Source: Thermoanaerobaculia bacterium (lineage in GTDB: Bacteria; Acidobacteriota; Thermoanaerobaculia; Multivoradales; Multivoraceae). From it: a DNA stretch of 64,000 bases. Position numbers and translations under genes: made by a program. Below are positions 40,001-48,979 of this stretch, in pieces. The notes under the pieces were generated by a model that was not told where the DNA came from, did no database searches, and saw only the letters and a list, made by a program, of their open reading frames with translations. Position 1 is the stretch's first letter, and each line of letters opens with the position of its first letter. The stretch covers positions 3,104,001-3,168,000 of the forward strand of contig OY762911.1 of assembly GCA_963666565.1 (NCBI GenBank), written 5' to 3'.

Positions 40001-40357
40001 ATCGTCCTGATCGATCACATCAACCGGCTGCGGCGCGAGGGCATCGCCCGCGACAAGGCGATCGTGCTCGGCGGCAAGAACCGCCTGCGGCCCATCCTGA
40101 TGACGGCGGTGACGACGATTCTCGGCCTGTCGCCGATGGTGGCGCCGTTCTTCCTGCCCCAGGTGTTCGGGCAGCCGGAGGGCCGCGCCGCGTTCTGGGC
40201 GCCGGTCGGGCTCGTCATCCTCGGCGGACTGACCACTTCGACTTTCCTGACCCTGCTCGTGATTCCGACGGTCTATTCCCTGGTCGACGACGTGAAGCTC
40301 TTCTTCCAGCGGGTTGTGCGGGCGGCGGCCGCCGTTCCGCGGAGAAAGATGGCATGA
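37025..40357 (+). CDS. RND efflux permease subunit (AcrB/MdtB family) 1
   Basis: AIGMLLDNSIVVIESI, GIVVNNAIVLID, RLRPILMT. Confidence 0.92.
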   Translation: MIDRGEGTPMDEPKTGSGDERERRESPEGSPAGGSGLKATEREEAVLQEAAAHVPVHPFIRFAVERRVTMFMATLGVLVLGWLSLTRLPLEFLPLFQSSNISVRVPYQSSSPEEVARSIIWPLEDSLGTINGVSMIRSRASGSSASVDIEFRDGTDMELAAVDVRDRIDRVRNELPADVEQVYVRRFESTDIPVLRSSLSAPWDQDELNDFVEDVLLPRIERLEGVAQAQVWGMLSRELRIELLPDRMAAHGVDIRELRQVLQSNHVNVSGGYLREGSRRLLVRTVGEFRTPDEIRDLPIRGDGLRVGDVADVKFGYPDKYEYSFLNGQESISLNVNKTSDANLLEVVNRVKDELEAIRQTPEGAGLEFRHFHDTSIDVRQGLTELGRSGVIGGGLAIVFMFLFLRKFRTTLLVALAVPLSLVMTFVMMYLGRQAGVTEITLNVMSLMGLMLAIGMLLDNSIVVIESIFRHRQDLGANAKNAALGGASDVAMPIICSTMTTMCVFVPLIFFGSGGGGPGSFSRFMADIGTTVCVVMLGSLVISLTVVPMIAAILLKSESKRRFKLLDRMNELYGRTLGFTLRHRFVFSVAIVLLLVGSWRLYNSIERSFNQPSQGRALTVFVETPRQMGMDDRLALYDEVYAMLDSRRDEWEIADIAHQVRRGGGRSRGYGGGNRFEIYLKPEEVSEMSTDEVTERIREAMPQRVGVLFKLARTEFGPPGSGRTGMDVELIGEDVGTLELLVPRITERLRRIPIVGDIDNSFESGDDEIRVSVNRERALQGGLSSQAVAMTVSGALSSRSLAYFKTAEREIGMVMQYREEDRETLDQLKKMPVLVSDPDGEGAGVTLPISSLASFRVQSGPSEIERENRRAKVEIDVTAAGGTPGFMLRRPVQAALADVPLPPGYEWSLGRRFMEEEEDASRAVLTLILAAVLIYMIMAALFEDFLQPFTIMLSIPFAFIGVGLIMYLAGQPRDGSSNMGLLILAGIVVNNAIVLIDHINRLRREGIARDKAIVLGGKNRLRPILMTAVTTILGLSPMVAPFFLPQVFGQPEGRAAFWAPVGLVILGGLTTSTFLTLLVIPTVYSLVDDVKLFFQRVVRAAAAVPRRKMA

Positions 40358-41883
40358 GACTCAAGATACGCATGGGCGCGGCCCGGTCGGCCGGCGCTCT
40401 TCTGTTGACGGCGGCCGTGGCGGCCGCGGGCATCGGCTGCGGGCAGTCCAGCGCCGACGCGGGCGGCGAGAACCCGCGCGCCGGCCGGCCCGGAGGGCGC
40501 GGCGGCGGTCCTCCGGGGGGCTTTCCGGGCGGCGTCCCTCCGAACTTCGGCGGTTCGACTACCGCGATTCCGGTCGCGGTGACGAGCGTCATTCGGCGGG
40601 ACATCGCGGACTACCTGGAGACCAACGGTTCGCTGGAAGCCGAGAACGAGGTCGACATCGTGGCGCGGACGGCCGGTCCGATCGTCGAACTGAACGTCGA
40701 GGAGGGAGACTTCGTGCGGGCCGGCCAGGTGCTGGCGCGCATCGACGCGGTGGAGATCGAGGCGCAGCTCGGCATTGCCCGCGTCAACCTGGCGGAGGCC
40801 GAGCTGGCCTGGAACCGCGCCCAGGATTCGTTCGAGGCGGAGGTGGTCAGCCAGGAGGCCTACGACCTGGCGAAGTCCAACTTCGACGCCGCCGCGGCCC
40901 AGATCGTCGGCACCGAGATCCTGCTGGACTTCACCGTGATCCGGGCGCCGTTCGACGGGCTGATCGTCGAGCGCGTCGTCAAGAACGCCGAGTACGTCGC
41001 GAACAACGCGCGGCTGTTCCGGATCTCCGACTTCGACCCGCTGCTCTGTCCGATCCAGCTTCCCGAGAAGGACCTGCCGCGGCTCAAGCTGGATCAGCCC
41101 GCGCACCTGTCGGTCGAGGCCTATCCCGGAGTGCGCTTCCCGGCCAGGGTGCTGCGGATCAGCCCGGTGGTCGACCCGGCGACCGGCACGGTCAAGGTGA
41201 CTCTCGAAGTGCAGGCCCAGGGCCGCCTGCGGCCCGGCATGTTCGCGAGCGTGTTCGTCGAGACGGACGTCCACGAGAACGCGATCGTCGTGCCGAAGCA
41301 GGCCCTCGTGCTGGAAAGCACGTCCGACACGGTGTACGTGGCGATGGACGACGGGGAGGGCGGAACGGTCGCCCGGCGCCGCGAACTGGAACTCGGCTAC
41401 GAGGAGAGCGACAGCCTGGAGGTGCTCTCGGGCCTGGTGGAGGGCGAGGACGTCGTGATCGTCGGTCAGGACGGACTCTCCGACCGGACGCCGATTCTGG
41501 TCATGGAGCGCGAGGGGCCGGCCGCGGCGCCCACGATGTTCACCGCGGCGCCGGTTGCCGGGGCGGAACGCCCGGCCCAGGTCGCGGCGGACCGGGGCGG
41601 CGCGGCGGCGACTGCCGGCGGTGCGGCGGCCGCACAGGCGGCGCCGGGCCAGGGACGGCCGGGCGTTCCAGGCGGCTTCCGCGGCGGCCCGCCCGGGGGC
41701 TTCGATCCCAGCCAGATGACTCCCGAGCGAATGGAGATGATGCGGGCCCGCATGAAGGAGCGCGGCCTGAGCGACGAGCAGATCGACGGGATGATGGAGC
41801 GCATCCGGAGCGGCCAGGGGCCGCCCGGACGCCCCGCCGGCGGACCGCCGGGAAGACCGCAGGGCGGCGGCCCGCCGGGTTGA
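40354..41883 (+). CDS. RND efflux periplasmic adaptor (MFP) subunit
   Basis: VEEGDFV.AGQVLA, IRAPFDG, ISPVVDPATGT, LRPGMF; Gly/Pro-rich termini. Confidence 0.92.
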   Translation: MRLKIRMGAARSAGALLLTAAVAAAGIGCGQSSADAGGENPRAGRPGGRGGGPPGGFPGGVPPNFGGSTTAIPVAVTSVIRRDIADYLETNGSLEAENEVDIVARTAGPIVELNVEEGDFVRAGQVLARIDAVEIEAQLGIARVNLAEAELAWNRAQDSFEAEVVSQEAYDLAKSNFDAAAAQIVGTEILLDFTVIRAPFDGLIVERVVKNAEYVANNARLFRISDFDPLLCPIQLPEKDLPRLKLDQPAHLSVEAYPGVRFPARVLRISPVVDPATGTVKVTLEVQAQGRLRPGMFASVFVETDVHENAIVVPKQALVLESTSDTVYVAMDDGEGGTVARRRELELGYEESDSLEVLSGLVEGEDVVIVGQDGLSDRTPILVMEREGPAAAPTMFTAAPVAGAERPAQVAADRGGAAATAGGAAAAQAAPGQGRPGVPGGFRGGPPGGFDPSQMTPERMEMMRARMKERGLSDEQIDGMMERIRSGQGPPGRPAGGPPGRPQGGGPPG

Positions 41884-41917
41884 TCCGGCGCCGGACTTGC
41901 TGAGCAGGTAGATCGAG

Positions 41918-44900
41918 ATGCGGGTCGTTTCCTTCGCCACCCGGCGGCCGGTGACCGTGTTCATCTTCGCCCTGGCGGCGGTGGTGTTCGGCGGCGTCGC
42001 GTTCCGCGACCTGGCGGTCGACCTGTTGCCGGACATCACGTACCCCTCGCTGACGGTTCAGACGCAGTACGAGGGCGCCGCGCCGGTCGAGATGGAGACC
42101 CTGATCACGCGGCCGGTGGAGGACGCGGTGGGCGTGGTCAACGGCGTCAACCGCGTCGTCTCCAGCTCCCGGGCGGACATCAGCGAGGTCACCCTGGAGT
42201 TCTCCTGGGGCACGAACATGGACTTCGCGTCGCTCGACGTGCGCGAGCGGCTCGACCAGGTGCGCTTGCCGGTGGCGGCCGATCGGCCGGTGCTGTTGCG
42301 CTACGACCCCTCCCTCGATCCGATCCTGCGGATGGGTCTCGCCGGCGGCGGCAGCGACCTGATCGCCCTGCGCCTGCTCGCCGAGGAGGACCTCAAGCGG
42401 AAGCTGGAGCGGCTCGAAGGGGTGGCCGCGGTCGTCGTCAGCGGCGGCCTGGAGGAGGAGATCCAGGTCGAGATCGACGAGCGGCGGCTGACCAGCCTCG
42501 GCCTGACGATGAACCAGGTGATGAACCGCCTGGCGCAGGAGAACGTGAACCTGACCGGCGGCCGGCTGCGCGACGGCCAGACGGACTACCTGGTGCGGAC
42601 GATCAACGAGCTGCTGCGCCCGGAAGAGATACGGGAGATCGTGATCGACCGCACCCAGGGCGCGATCGTTCGGCTGGAGGACATCGCCCGCGTCTACCAG
42701 GGCGCCAGGGAACGCGAGGTGATCACCCGCATCGACGGCAAGGAGGCCGTGGAGATCGCGGTCTACAAGGAGGGCGGCACGAACACGGTGACCGTCGCTT
42801 CCGCCGTGCTCGAGCGGGTGGAGGAACTGGAGGAGGAGATCGGGCAGATCGACCCCCAACTCGAACTGACCGTGCTCGCCGACCAGTCGCGCTACATCCG
42901 GGATTCCGTGTCGGCCGTGATCCAGACCGCCCTGATCGGCGGTTCGCTGGCGATCGTCGTCCTCTTCCTGTTCCTGCGGAGCGCGCCGAAGACGCTGATC
43001 ATCGGGGTCTCGATCCCGGTGTCGGTCGTCGCGACCTTCTTCCTGATGTATGTCGCCGGCGTGTCGCTCAACATCATGTCGCTCGGCGGCATCACGCTCG
43101 GCATCGGGCTCCTGCTGGACAACTCGATCGTCGTGCTGGAGGCCATCCAGCGCCGCCGCGACCAGGGGCTGAGCGTCGTCGAGGCGGCCCGGGCCGGCGC
43201 CTCCGAGGTCGGCCGGGCGGTGATCGCCAGCACGATCACGACCGTTTGCGTGTTCGTGCCGATCATGTTCGTCGAGGGCGTCGCCGGCCAGATGTTCGGC
43301 GACCAGGCGCTGACCGTGACGTTCTCCCTGCTGGTGTCCCTGGGAGTGGCGCTGACCGTTATCCCGATGCTCGCGTCCCGGAAGTTCTTCGCCAGCGACG
43401 CGGAGGTCGAGGAGGTCCGGAGCGCCGGGCGCTCCAACCCCCTGACTCGGGGCCTCGCGACGGTCTTCGACACGATCGGCGTCGGGATCGCCCTGGCCTT
43501 CAAGTACGCGTTCCGCGGCGTCTCCGCCGTGATGTCCGTGCTGCTGCGGCCGGTGCTGGCGGCCTTCGACGCGTTGCTTCGCGGCATCACCGCCGTGTAC
43601 GCACGCGTCCTGCGCGGCGCGCTTCGCCATCCCGCGCTGGTCGTGCTGACGGCGGTGGTGCTCCTGGCGGGCAGCGTCCAGCTCGTCGGCTCGCTCGGCA
43701 GCGAACTGGTGCCGGAGCTGATCCAGGGCGAATTCTACGTGGACGCCGAACTGGCGCCCGGCAGCCGCCTGGAGGTGACGGACCGGCGTCTGAGCCAGAT
43801 CGACCAGCGGGTGCGGGAGTTTCCCGACGAGTTCGGCGTGCAGTCGGTCTATACGGTGGTCGGCACCTCGAACGAACAGGGAGGCGCCGCCGGCGAGAGG
43901 CGCGAGAACATCGGCCAGGTCAACGTGCGGCTGGCCCCGCCGATCGACGCGGAGCGCGAGGAACTGGTGATCGGCCGGATCCGGGAACTGATCGACGCGG
44001 AGAACGCGTCCTTCGGGGGTCGGGCGCCAGCGGCCGCGGTCCCGGCCGGCGCCGGAGCCGGGCCCGGGCCGGCGGTCGCGGACGACGCGCTGAAGTACCG
44101 GTTCGGCCGTCCGACCTACTTCAGCTTCCGGAGCCCGGTCGAGGTGCAGATCCGCGGCCACAACCTGGCGCTGCTGGAGAGGCTGGCCGACCAGGTGGCG
44201 TCGCGGATGCGCGAGGTCGAGGGCCTGGTCGACGTGAAGTCCTCGACGGAGGGCGGCAACCCGGAGCTGCAGATCGTCTTCGACCGGGAGCGGCTCTCGA
44301 CGCTGAACTACACGGTCGCCCAGCTTGGCGCCGTCATCCGGTCCAAGGTGCAGGGCGACATCGCGACGGACATCGTGCGCGAGGACCGCAACATCGAGGT
44401 GAGGCTGCGGACCGACGAGGGCTACCGCGATTCCGTCCGCGACCTGCGAAACCTGAACATCCGCCAGAGCGGCGCTACGCCGCTGCCGCTGTCGGCGGTG
44501 GCGGAGGTGATCGAGACGGAGGGGCCGGCCGAGATCCGGCGCAGCGACGGCGGCCGGGTGGCGCAGATCGAGGCGAACATCGTCGGCCGCGACCTGGGCA
44601 GCGTCTCGGACGACATCCAGGCGATCCTGGACACGACGCGGTTCCCGGTGGGCTTCGACTACTCGGTCGGCGGCCAGCGGCAGGAGATGGAGCGGTCGTT
44701 CGACAGCATGAGGCTGGCGATCCTGCTGGCCGTGTTCATGGTCTACCTGGTGATGGCGTCGCAGTTCGAGTCGTTGCTGCACCCGTTCGTCATCCTGTTC
44801 GCCGTGCCGTTCTCGATCGTCGGCGCGATCGGCATCCTCTACCTGACGAGCACGCCGGTGAGCATCGTCGTCCTGATCGGCGGCATTCTCCTGGCCGGGA

Positions 44901-45223
44901 TCGTGGTGAACAACGCGATCATCCTGATCGACTACACGAACCGCCTGCGGCGCGCCGGCAAGGCCAAGATCGACGCCGTGCGCGAGGCTTGCCTCGTACG
45001 CCTGCGGCCCATCCTGATGACGACCTCGACCACCGTCCTGGGCCTGCTGCCGATGGCCCTGGGCCTGGGCGAGGGCGCCGAGCTGCGGACCCCCATGGCG
45101 CTGACCGTGGTCGGCGGCCTGCTGACGTCGACGCTGCTGACGCTGATCGTGATCCCGGCGCTCTACCTGCTGCTGGACCGGCACAAGCACGAGGCGGACC
45201 CGGAGGCCGTCGCCGCGGCGTAG
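41918..45223 (+). CDS. RND efflux permease subunit (AcrB/MdtC family) 2
   Basis: VDLLPDITYP, GLLLDNSIVVLE, MASQFES..HP, RLRPILMT. Confidence 0.93.
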   Translation: MRVVSFATRRPVTVFIFALAAVVFGGVAFRDLAVDLLPDITYPSLTVQTQYEGAAPVEMETLITRPVEDAVGVVNGVNRVVSSSRADISEVTLEFSWGTNMDFASLDVRERLDQVRLPVAADRPVLLRYDPSLDPILRMGLAGGGSDLIALRLLAEEDLKRKLERLEGVAAVVVSGGLEEEIQVEIDERRLTSLGLTMNQVMNRLAQENVNLTGGRLRDGQTDYLVRTINELLRPEEIREIVIDRTQGAIVRLEDIARVYQGAREREVITRIDGKEAVEIAVYKEGGTNTVTVASAVLERVEELEEEIGQIDPQLELTVLADQSRYIRDSVSAVIQTALIGGSLAIVVLFLFLRSAPKTLIIGVSIPVSVVATFFLMYVAGVSLNIMSLGGITLGIGLLLDNSIVVLEAIQRRRDQGLSVVEAARAGASEVGRAVIASTITTVCVFVPIMFVEGVAGQMFGDQALTVTFSLLVSLGVALTVIPMLASRKFFASDAEVEEVRSAGRSNPLTRGLATVFDTIGVGIALAFKYAFRGVSAVMSVLLRPVLAAFDALLRGITAVYARVLRGALRHPALVVLTAVVLLAGSVQLVGSLGSELVPELIQGEFYVDAELAPGSRLEVTDRRLSQIDQRVREFPDEFGVQSVYTVVGTSNEQGGAAGERRENIGQVNVRLAPPIDAEREELVIGRIRELIDAENASFGGRAPAAAVPAGAGAGPGPAVADDALKYRFGRPTYFSFRSPVEVQIRGHNLALLERLADQVASRMREVEGLVDVKSSTEGGNPELQIVFDRERLSTLNYTVAQLGAVIRSKVQGDIATDIVREDRNIEVRLRTDEGYRDSVRDLRNLNIRQSGATPLPLSAVAEVIETEGPAEIRRSDGGRVAQIEANIVGRDLGSVSDDIQAILDTTRFPVGFDYSVGGQRQEMERSFDSMRLAILLAVFMVYLVMASQFESLLHPFVILFAVPFSIVGAIGILYLTSTPVSIVVLIGGILLAGIVVNNAIILIDYTNRLRRAGKAKIDAVREACLVRLRPILMTTSTTVLGLLPMALGLGEGAELRTPMALTVVGGLLTSTLLTLIVIPALYLLLDRHKHEADPEAVAAA

Positions 45224-45235
45224 GCGCCGGTGGCC

Positions 45236-45409
45236 GTCCGCGCCGGCGTCCGGGGAGGTTCCCAGGGGCACGCTCGCGCTCCCCCGGCAGGAGGAACGCT
45301 GGCGCTCGCTGTTGTCGGCTGCACTCCACGTCGGGGTCGGCGGACGGGATGGCGCGGGCAGTCGTTTGCCTCCGACGCCCTGGGACCCTCCCCGGACGCC
45401 GCCGCGGAC
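45236..45409. repeat. MITE-like element with 32-bp inverted arms
   Basis: Arm 45236-45267 is the reverse complement of arm 45378-45409 with 2 mismatches. Confidence 0.7.
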
Positions 45410-45501
45410 TGAGCGTCGCCGGTTTGGCGGGGCTGGATGTTGGCGGTGGGCGGGGCTGGACGCGCGTTTGCGGGGGGCGGATCTGGAGGCGGCGGGATCT
45501 G

Positions 45502-45527
45502 CTGGGTGCGCGGGTCTTCCGACCCGC
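45502..45527. repeat. REP-like palindrome between convergent genes
   Basis: CTGGGTGCGCGGGTCTTCCGACCCGC; degenerate copy at about 45601-45622. Confidence 0.85.
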
Positions 45528-45621
45528 ATGCCGCCGAGGGCGGCCTAAGAAAACGCGCCGGCCGAAGGCCGGCTCCGTACTGCCGGGAAGCCCCACCAAC
45601 CCGGGTGCGGAGCTTTCCCCG

Positions 45622-47955
45622 CTACGGAAACGCCTCCTCAAGCTCCGGGACGGTCCACGGGTCCGCGCGGTCAGCCGTGCGTTGGCGGACGCCTGCGACG
45701 AGTTCGGGTGACACCGGTTCGGCCGTGTTGCCCCAACTCCGGCGGATGTACGTGAGCACCGCCGCGACGGCGGCGTCGGGGAGACGCGGATCGACGGCGA
45801 AACCGGGCATCATGTCGTCCCAGGTCTCGCCGTGGACTTCGATCGGTCCTTCGATTCCCTGGAGTACGAGGGCGGCGAGGCGTTCGGGGGAGCCGAGGAC
45901 CCACGGCGAGTCAACGAGGCTGGGGCCGAGGCCCTCCTGTCCCCGGCCGTCGTCGTTGTGGCAGGAGCTGCAGGCCCGATAGTGCCGGCGGCCGTGGTTG
46001 AATTGGGCGGCTTCGGCGGCGGTCAGGGCCGGGGCTGAGGCAGGCGCTTCCGGTGGCTCGGCGGCGTCGCCGGAAACCGAGGCGGGGGTCGCGGCGAGGG
46101 CGACTTGGCCCAGGAACGGATCGTCGGGGCGGGCGGCGACGCGTTCGGCGAGCATGATCCGCGCCCAGGGCGCCTCCGCCGCCACGGCGCCGAGGGTCAG
46201 CAACGCCTGGGCGCGGACCTGGGCCGAGGACGACTGGAGCAGGTCGCCGAGCAGGGCGGCGCCGTCCTGGCCGGCGCCGGCGAGGTACGTCTCGCCGGCG
46301 CGCAGGCCGTGGACGACGAGCCAGGAATCCCGGGCCTGGAGCGCGTCCCGCACGGTCGCGTCGTCCAGTTGGCCGCGGCCGTGGAGCGTCCACAGGGCGT
46401 GAATCCGCGACAGCGGGTCCTCGCCGGAGCGGGCGAGCTCCCGCAGGGCGCCGCTGGCCGTCTCGCCGAGTTCATTCTCGACCAGCAGCCGTTGCGCCGT
46501 GTCCCGGTGCCAGCCGTTCGGGTGGGCAAGGGCGGCGATGCGGGCGGCGTCGGTCGCCAAGCGCGGCGCGTCCCGGCGGACGGGCGCCGGGCTGTCGGGA
46601 TCCCCTTCCCAGACGATTCGGTAGATGCGGCCCATGCCGAGCGGCCGATCCAGCCCGTGCTCGAGGATGTACTCGCGCAGGTACGTCGTCACGAACCGCA
46701 CGTGCTGGAGGATGCCCCTGTACATGTCGATCACGTAGAGGGCGCCGTCCGGCCCGGCCTTCGCGTCGACCGGGCGGAAGCGCTCGTCGGTCGAGGCCAG
46801 GAACTCGCGCTCGGTCCAGTCCGGATCGCCGTAGCGCCGGTGCTCGGCGACGAGAGTCGGGATGCCGTCTTCCACCGGGCCCGGCGCGAGGTCGAAGTGG
46901 GCCACCATGTTGCCCGCCGGCTCCGGCACGAAGACGTCTCCGCGGAAGGTGGCGGGGAACTGGTCGCCACGGTACACGGCGAGGCTACTGACGGACGTCG
47001 TCACGGCGAGCCGGCCGTCCGCGCGCAGCATGCCCTTCACGTAACCGCGGTTGATGCCGGGATTGACGCGAATGGAATGGACCGTTTCGTCCCGCACGAG
47101 CCGCTCGCTGGCGCCGATGCCGCCTCCCCGCGGCTGGTGTTCCGGGTTGGCGAGGGCGTACTCGGCCGGGATCAGGTCGGCGAAGAGGTAGCGGGAGTTC
47201 GTGTTGTAGTAGAGGCGGCCGACGTCGTCCTGGGCGATGCCCCACTGGCCGCGAAACAGCGTCGGGGCGACCTCGATCGACGCACCCTCGGAACCCCGCC
47301 GCAGCCGGAAACGCCGGTCGGACTTCGCATTGTAGATCCAGTTGTCGAGCGCCCAGAGCAGCCCGTTCTCCGTGTGCTCGAGCAGGTCGGGATCGGGATC
47401 GCCGTAGTCGAGCAGCCGCTCCCGGCTGCCGCAGCGGGGCAGTTCGGCGGCCGGCGCCTCGCTCCGGCATAGCCACAGGTTCGGCGGCTCGCCGATCAGG
47501 ATGCCGCCGGAGACCGCCGCGATCGCGCGCGGGCTCACCAAGCCGTCCAGGTAGACGGCGCTCCGGTCCATCGCGCCGTCCGCGTCCGTGTCCTCGAGCA
47601 CGACGACCCGGCCGACCGGCGCCTCCTCGCCGACGCCGTCCACGTCCGGCATGAAGCCGCGCATCTCGACGACGTAGAGGAGTCCCCGCTCGTCCCAGGC
47701 CATCGCCACCGGGTCTTCGACCAGGGGTTCGGCGGCGACCAGTTCCACGCGAAAGCCGGGCGCCACGCGCAGCGTGGCCATCGCCTCCGCGGGCCCGAGC
47801 GGAGACGCTTCCGGCACCTCGAACCCGCGCCACACCTGTTCCATCACGTGACCCTCGCGGTCGCCACGCTGTGCCGCCAAGGGCGTTTCGGTGGCGGGCA
47901 CCAAGCTGGCAAAGGCGATTCCGGCAACGGCCCTGGTGACGAAGTTGCGGGACAT
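45622..47955 (-). CDS. PVC-type membrane-bound dehydrogenase-like protein with HEAT repeats and C-terminal c-type cytochrome
   Basis: GFRVELVAAEPL..DPVAMAWDE.G.LYVVEM, FRPVD...GPDGALY..DMYR, CSSCH heme motif, distal MMPGF. Confidence 0.85.
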   Translation of the reverse strand: MSRNFVTRAVAGIAFASLVPATETPLAAQRGDREGHVMEQVWRGFEVPEASPLGPAEAMATLRVAPGFRVELVAAEPLVEDPVAMAWDERGLLYVVEMRGFMPDVDGVGEEAPVGRVVVLEDTDADGAMDRSAVYLDGLVSPRAIAAVSGGILIGEPPNLWLCRSEAPAAELPRCGSRERLLDYGDPDPDLLEHTENGLLWALDNWIYNAKSDRRFRLRRGSEGASIEVAPTLFRGQWGIAQDDVGRLYYNTNSRYLFADLIPAEYALANPEHQPRGGGIGASERLVRDETVHSIRVNPGINRGYVKGMLRADGRLAVTTSVSSLAVYRGDQFPATFRGDVFVPEPAGNMVAHFDLAPGPVEDGIPTLVAEHRRYGDPDWTEREFLASTDERFRPVDAKAGPDGALYVIDMYRGILQHVRFVTTYLREYILEHGLDRPLGMGRIYRIVWEGDPDSPAPVRRDAPRLATDAARIAALAHPNGWHRDTAQRLLVENELGETASGALRELARSGEDPLSRIHALWTLHGRGQLDDATVRDALQARDSWLVVHGLRAGETYLAGAGQDGAALLGDLLQSSSAQVRAQALLTLGAVAAEAPWARIMLAERVAARPDDPFLGQVALAATPASVSGDAAEPPEAPASAPALTAAEAAQFNHGRRHYRACSSCHNDDGRGQEGLGPSLVDSPWVLGSPERLAALVLQGIEGPIEVHGETWDDMMPGFAVDPRLPDAAVAAVLTYIRRSWGNTAEPVSPELVAGVRQRTADRADPWTVPELEEAFP

Positions 47956-48979
47956 TCGTCGGGCGACAGTACTTCAAGGGGCCCGATCCCGGCGCTACGA
48001 GGTACCGGGAGGTATAGGATCGCCACTACACAGATACGACTTCACCATACAGGATCGGCGCCGATCCGAAACGCTGACCTCCGATGATTCCTCTGGCTTC
48101 GCTGCTCGCTGGACTTCGACGCGCGGCGGTGCCTTGCGGCTTGGCGGCGGCCCTGCTCGCCCCGGCGGCTCAGGCGCAACGGCTGCTGACGCTCGTCCCG
48201 GGCGTTGCGGAGGCGACCTCGGCGGACGCTCCCGGCCCGTCGATCGGGCCGGTTCCGACGGCCGTGCAGGTGGACTTGGACTTGCTGCGCAGCGCGCCGC
48301 CCTGGCTGGAAGTGCCGACGCCCGACGGCAGCGTCCTCTCGGCGGAGCGGAGCGTGTTCGAGGACCGCGGCGGCGGCGACCTGATGTGGTCCGGCGGCCA
48401 CCCCGACGCGGGGTACGACGCGGTAGTGCTGACGGTGGAGGGCGGCCGCCTGGTGGGCCGGTTCGGCGCCGCGGGCGGCGGGGCGTACCAGATCCACGCG
48501 GCGGCCGACGGCCGGGGCGGCATGGCCCCGGTCGGCGGCCCGCGGCCGGAGGGAGTGCCGTTCTGCGGGGTGGAAACGGTCCCGGACGACACCCGCAGCG
48601 CCGCGGTCCATACTGGGGCGGGGTCCCGCGCAGCCGATCTTTCCGTGCCCGTGAGCAATCCGCAGAGCCATGATCGGCTGGACATCCTGGTGGGCTACAC
48701 GGCGACCGCCGCCCAGAACTGGGCGGGCATCGGCGGGCCCGAAGCGGCGATCCGCCACGCGGGCGACTACCTGAAGATGGTGTTTCGGAACAACGAACTG
48801 CCGGTTGAGCCGCACATCGTCCATGCCTTTCGGGCGTCCTCCGTTCTGGATCGGGCCAGGAGAGACCAGCGTTTCCCGAGGCAGGCGCTGTTGACTGAGT
48901 TCCGCGACGATGGAGACGTGTTGCGCCTGCGCCATGAACACCGGGCCGATCTGGTGCATCTTTTCACGGGCGAAGGCCT

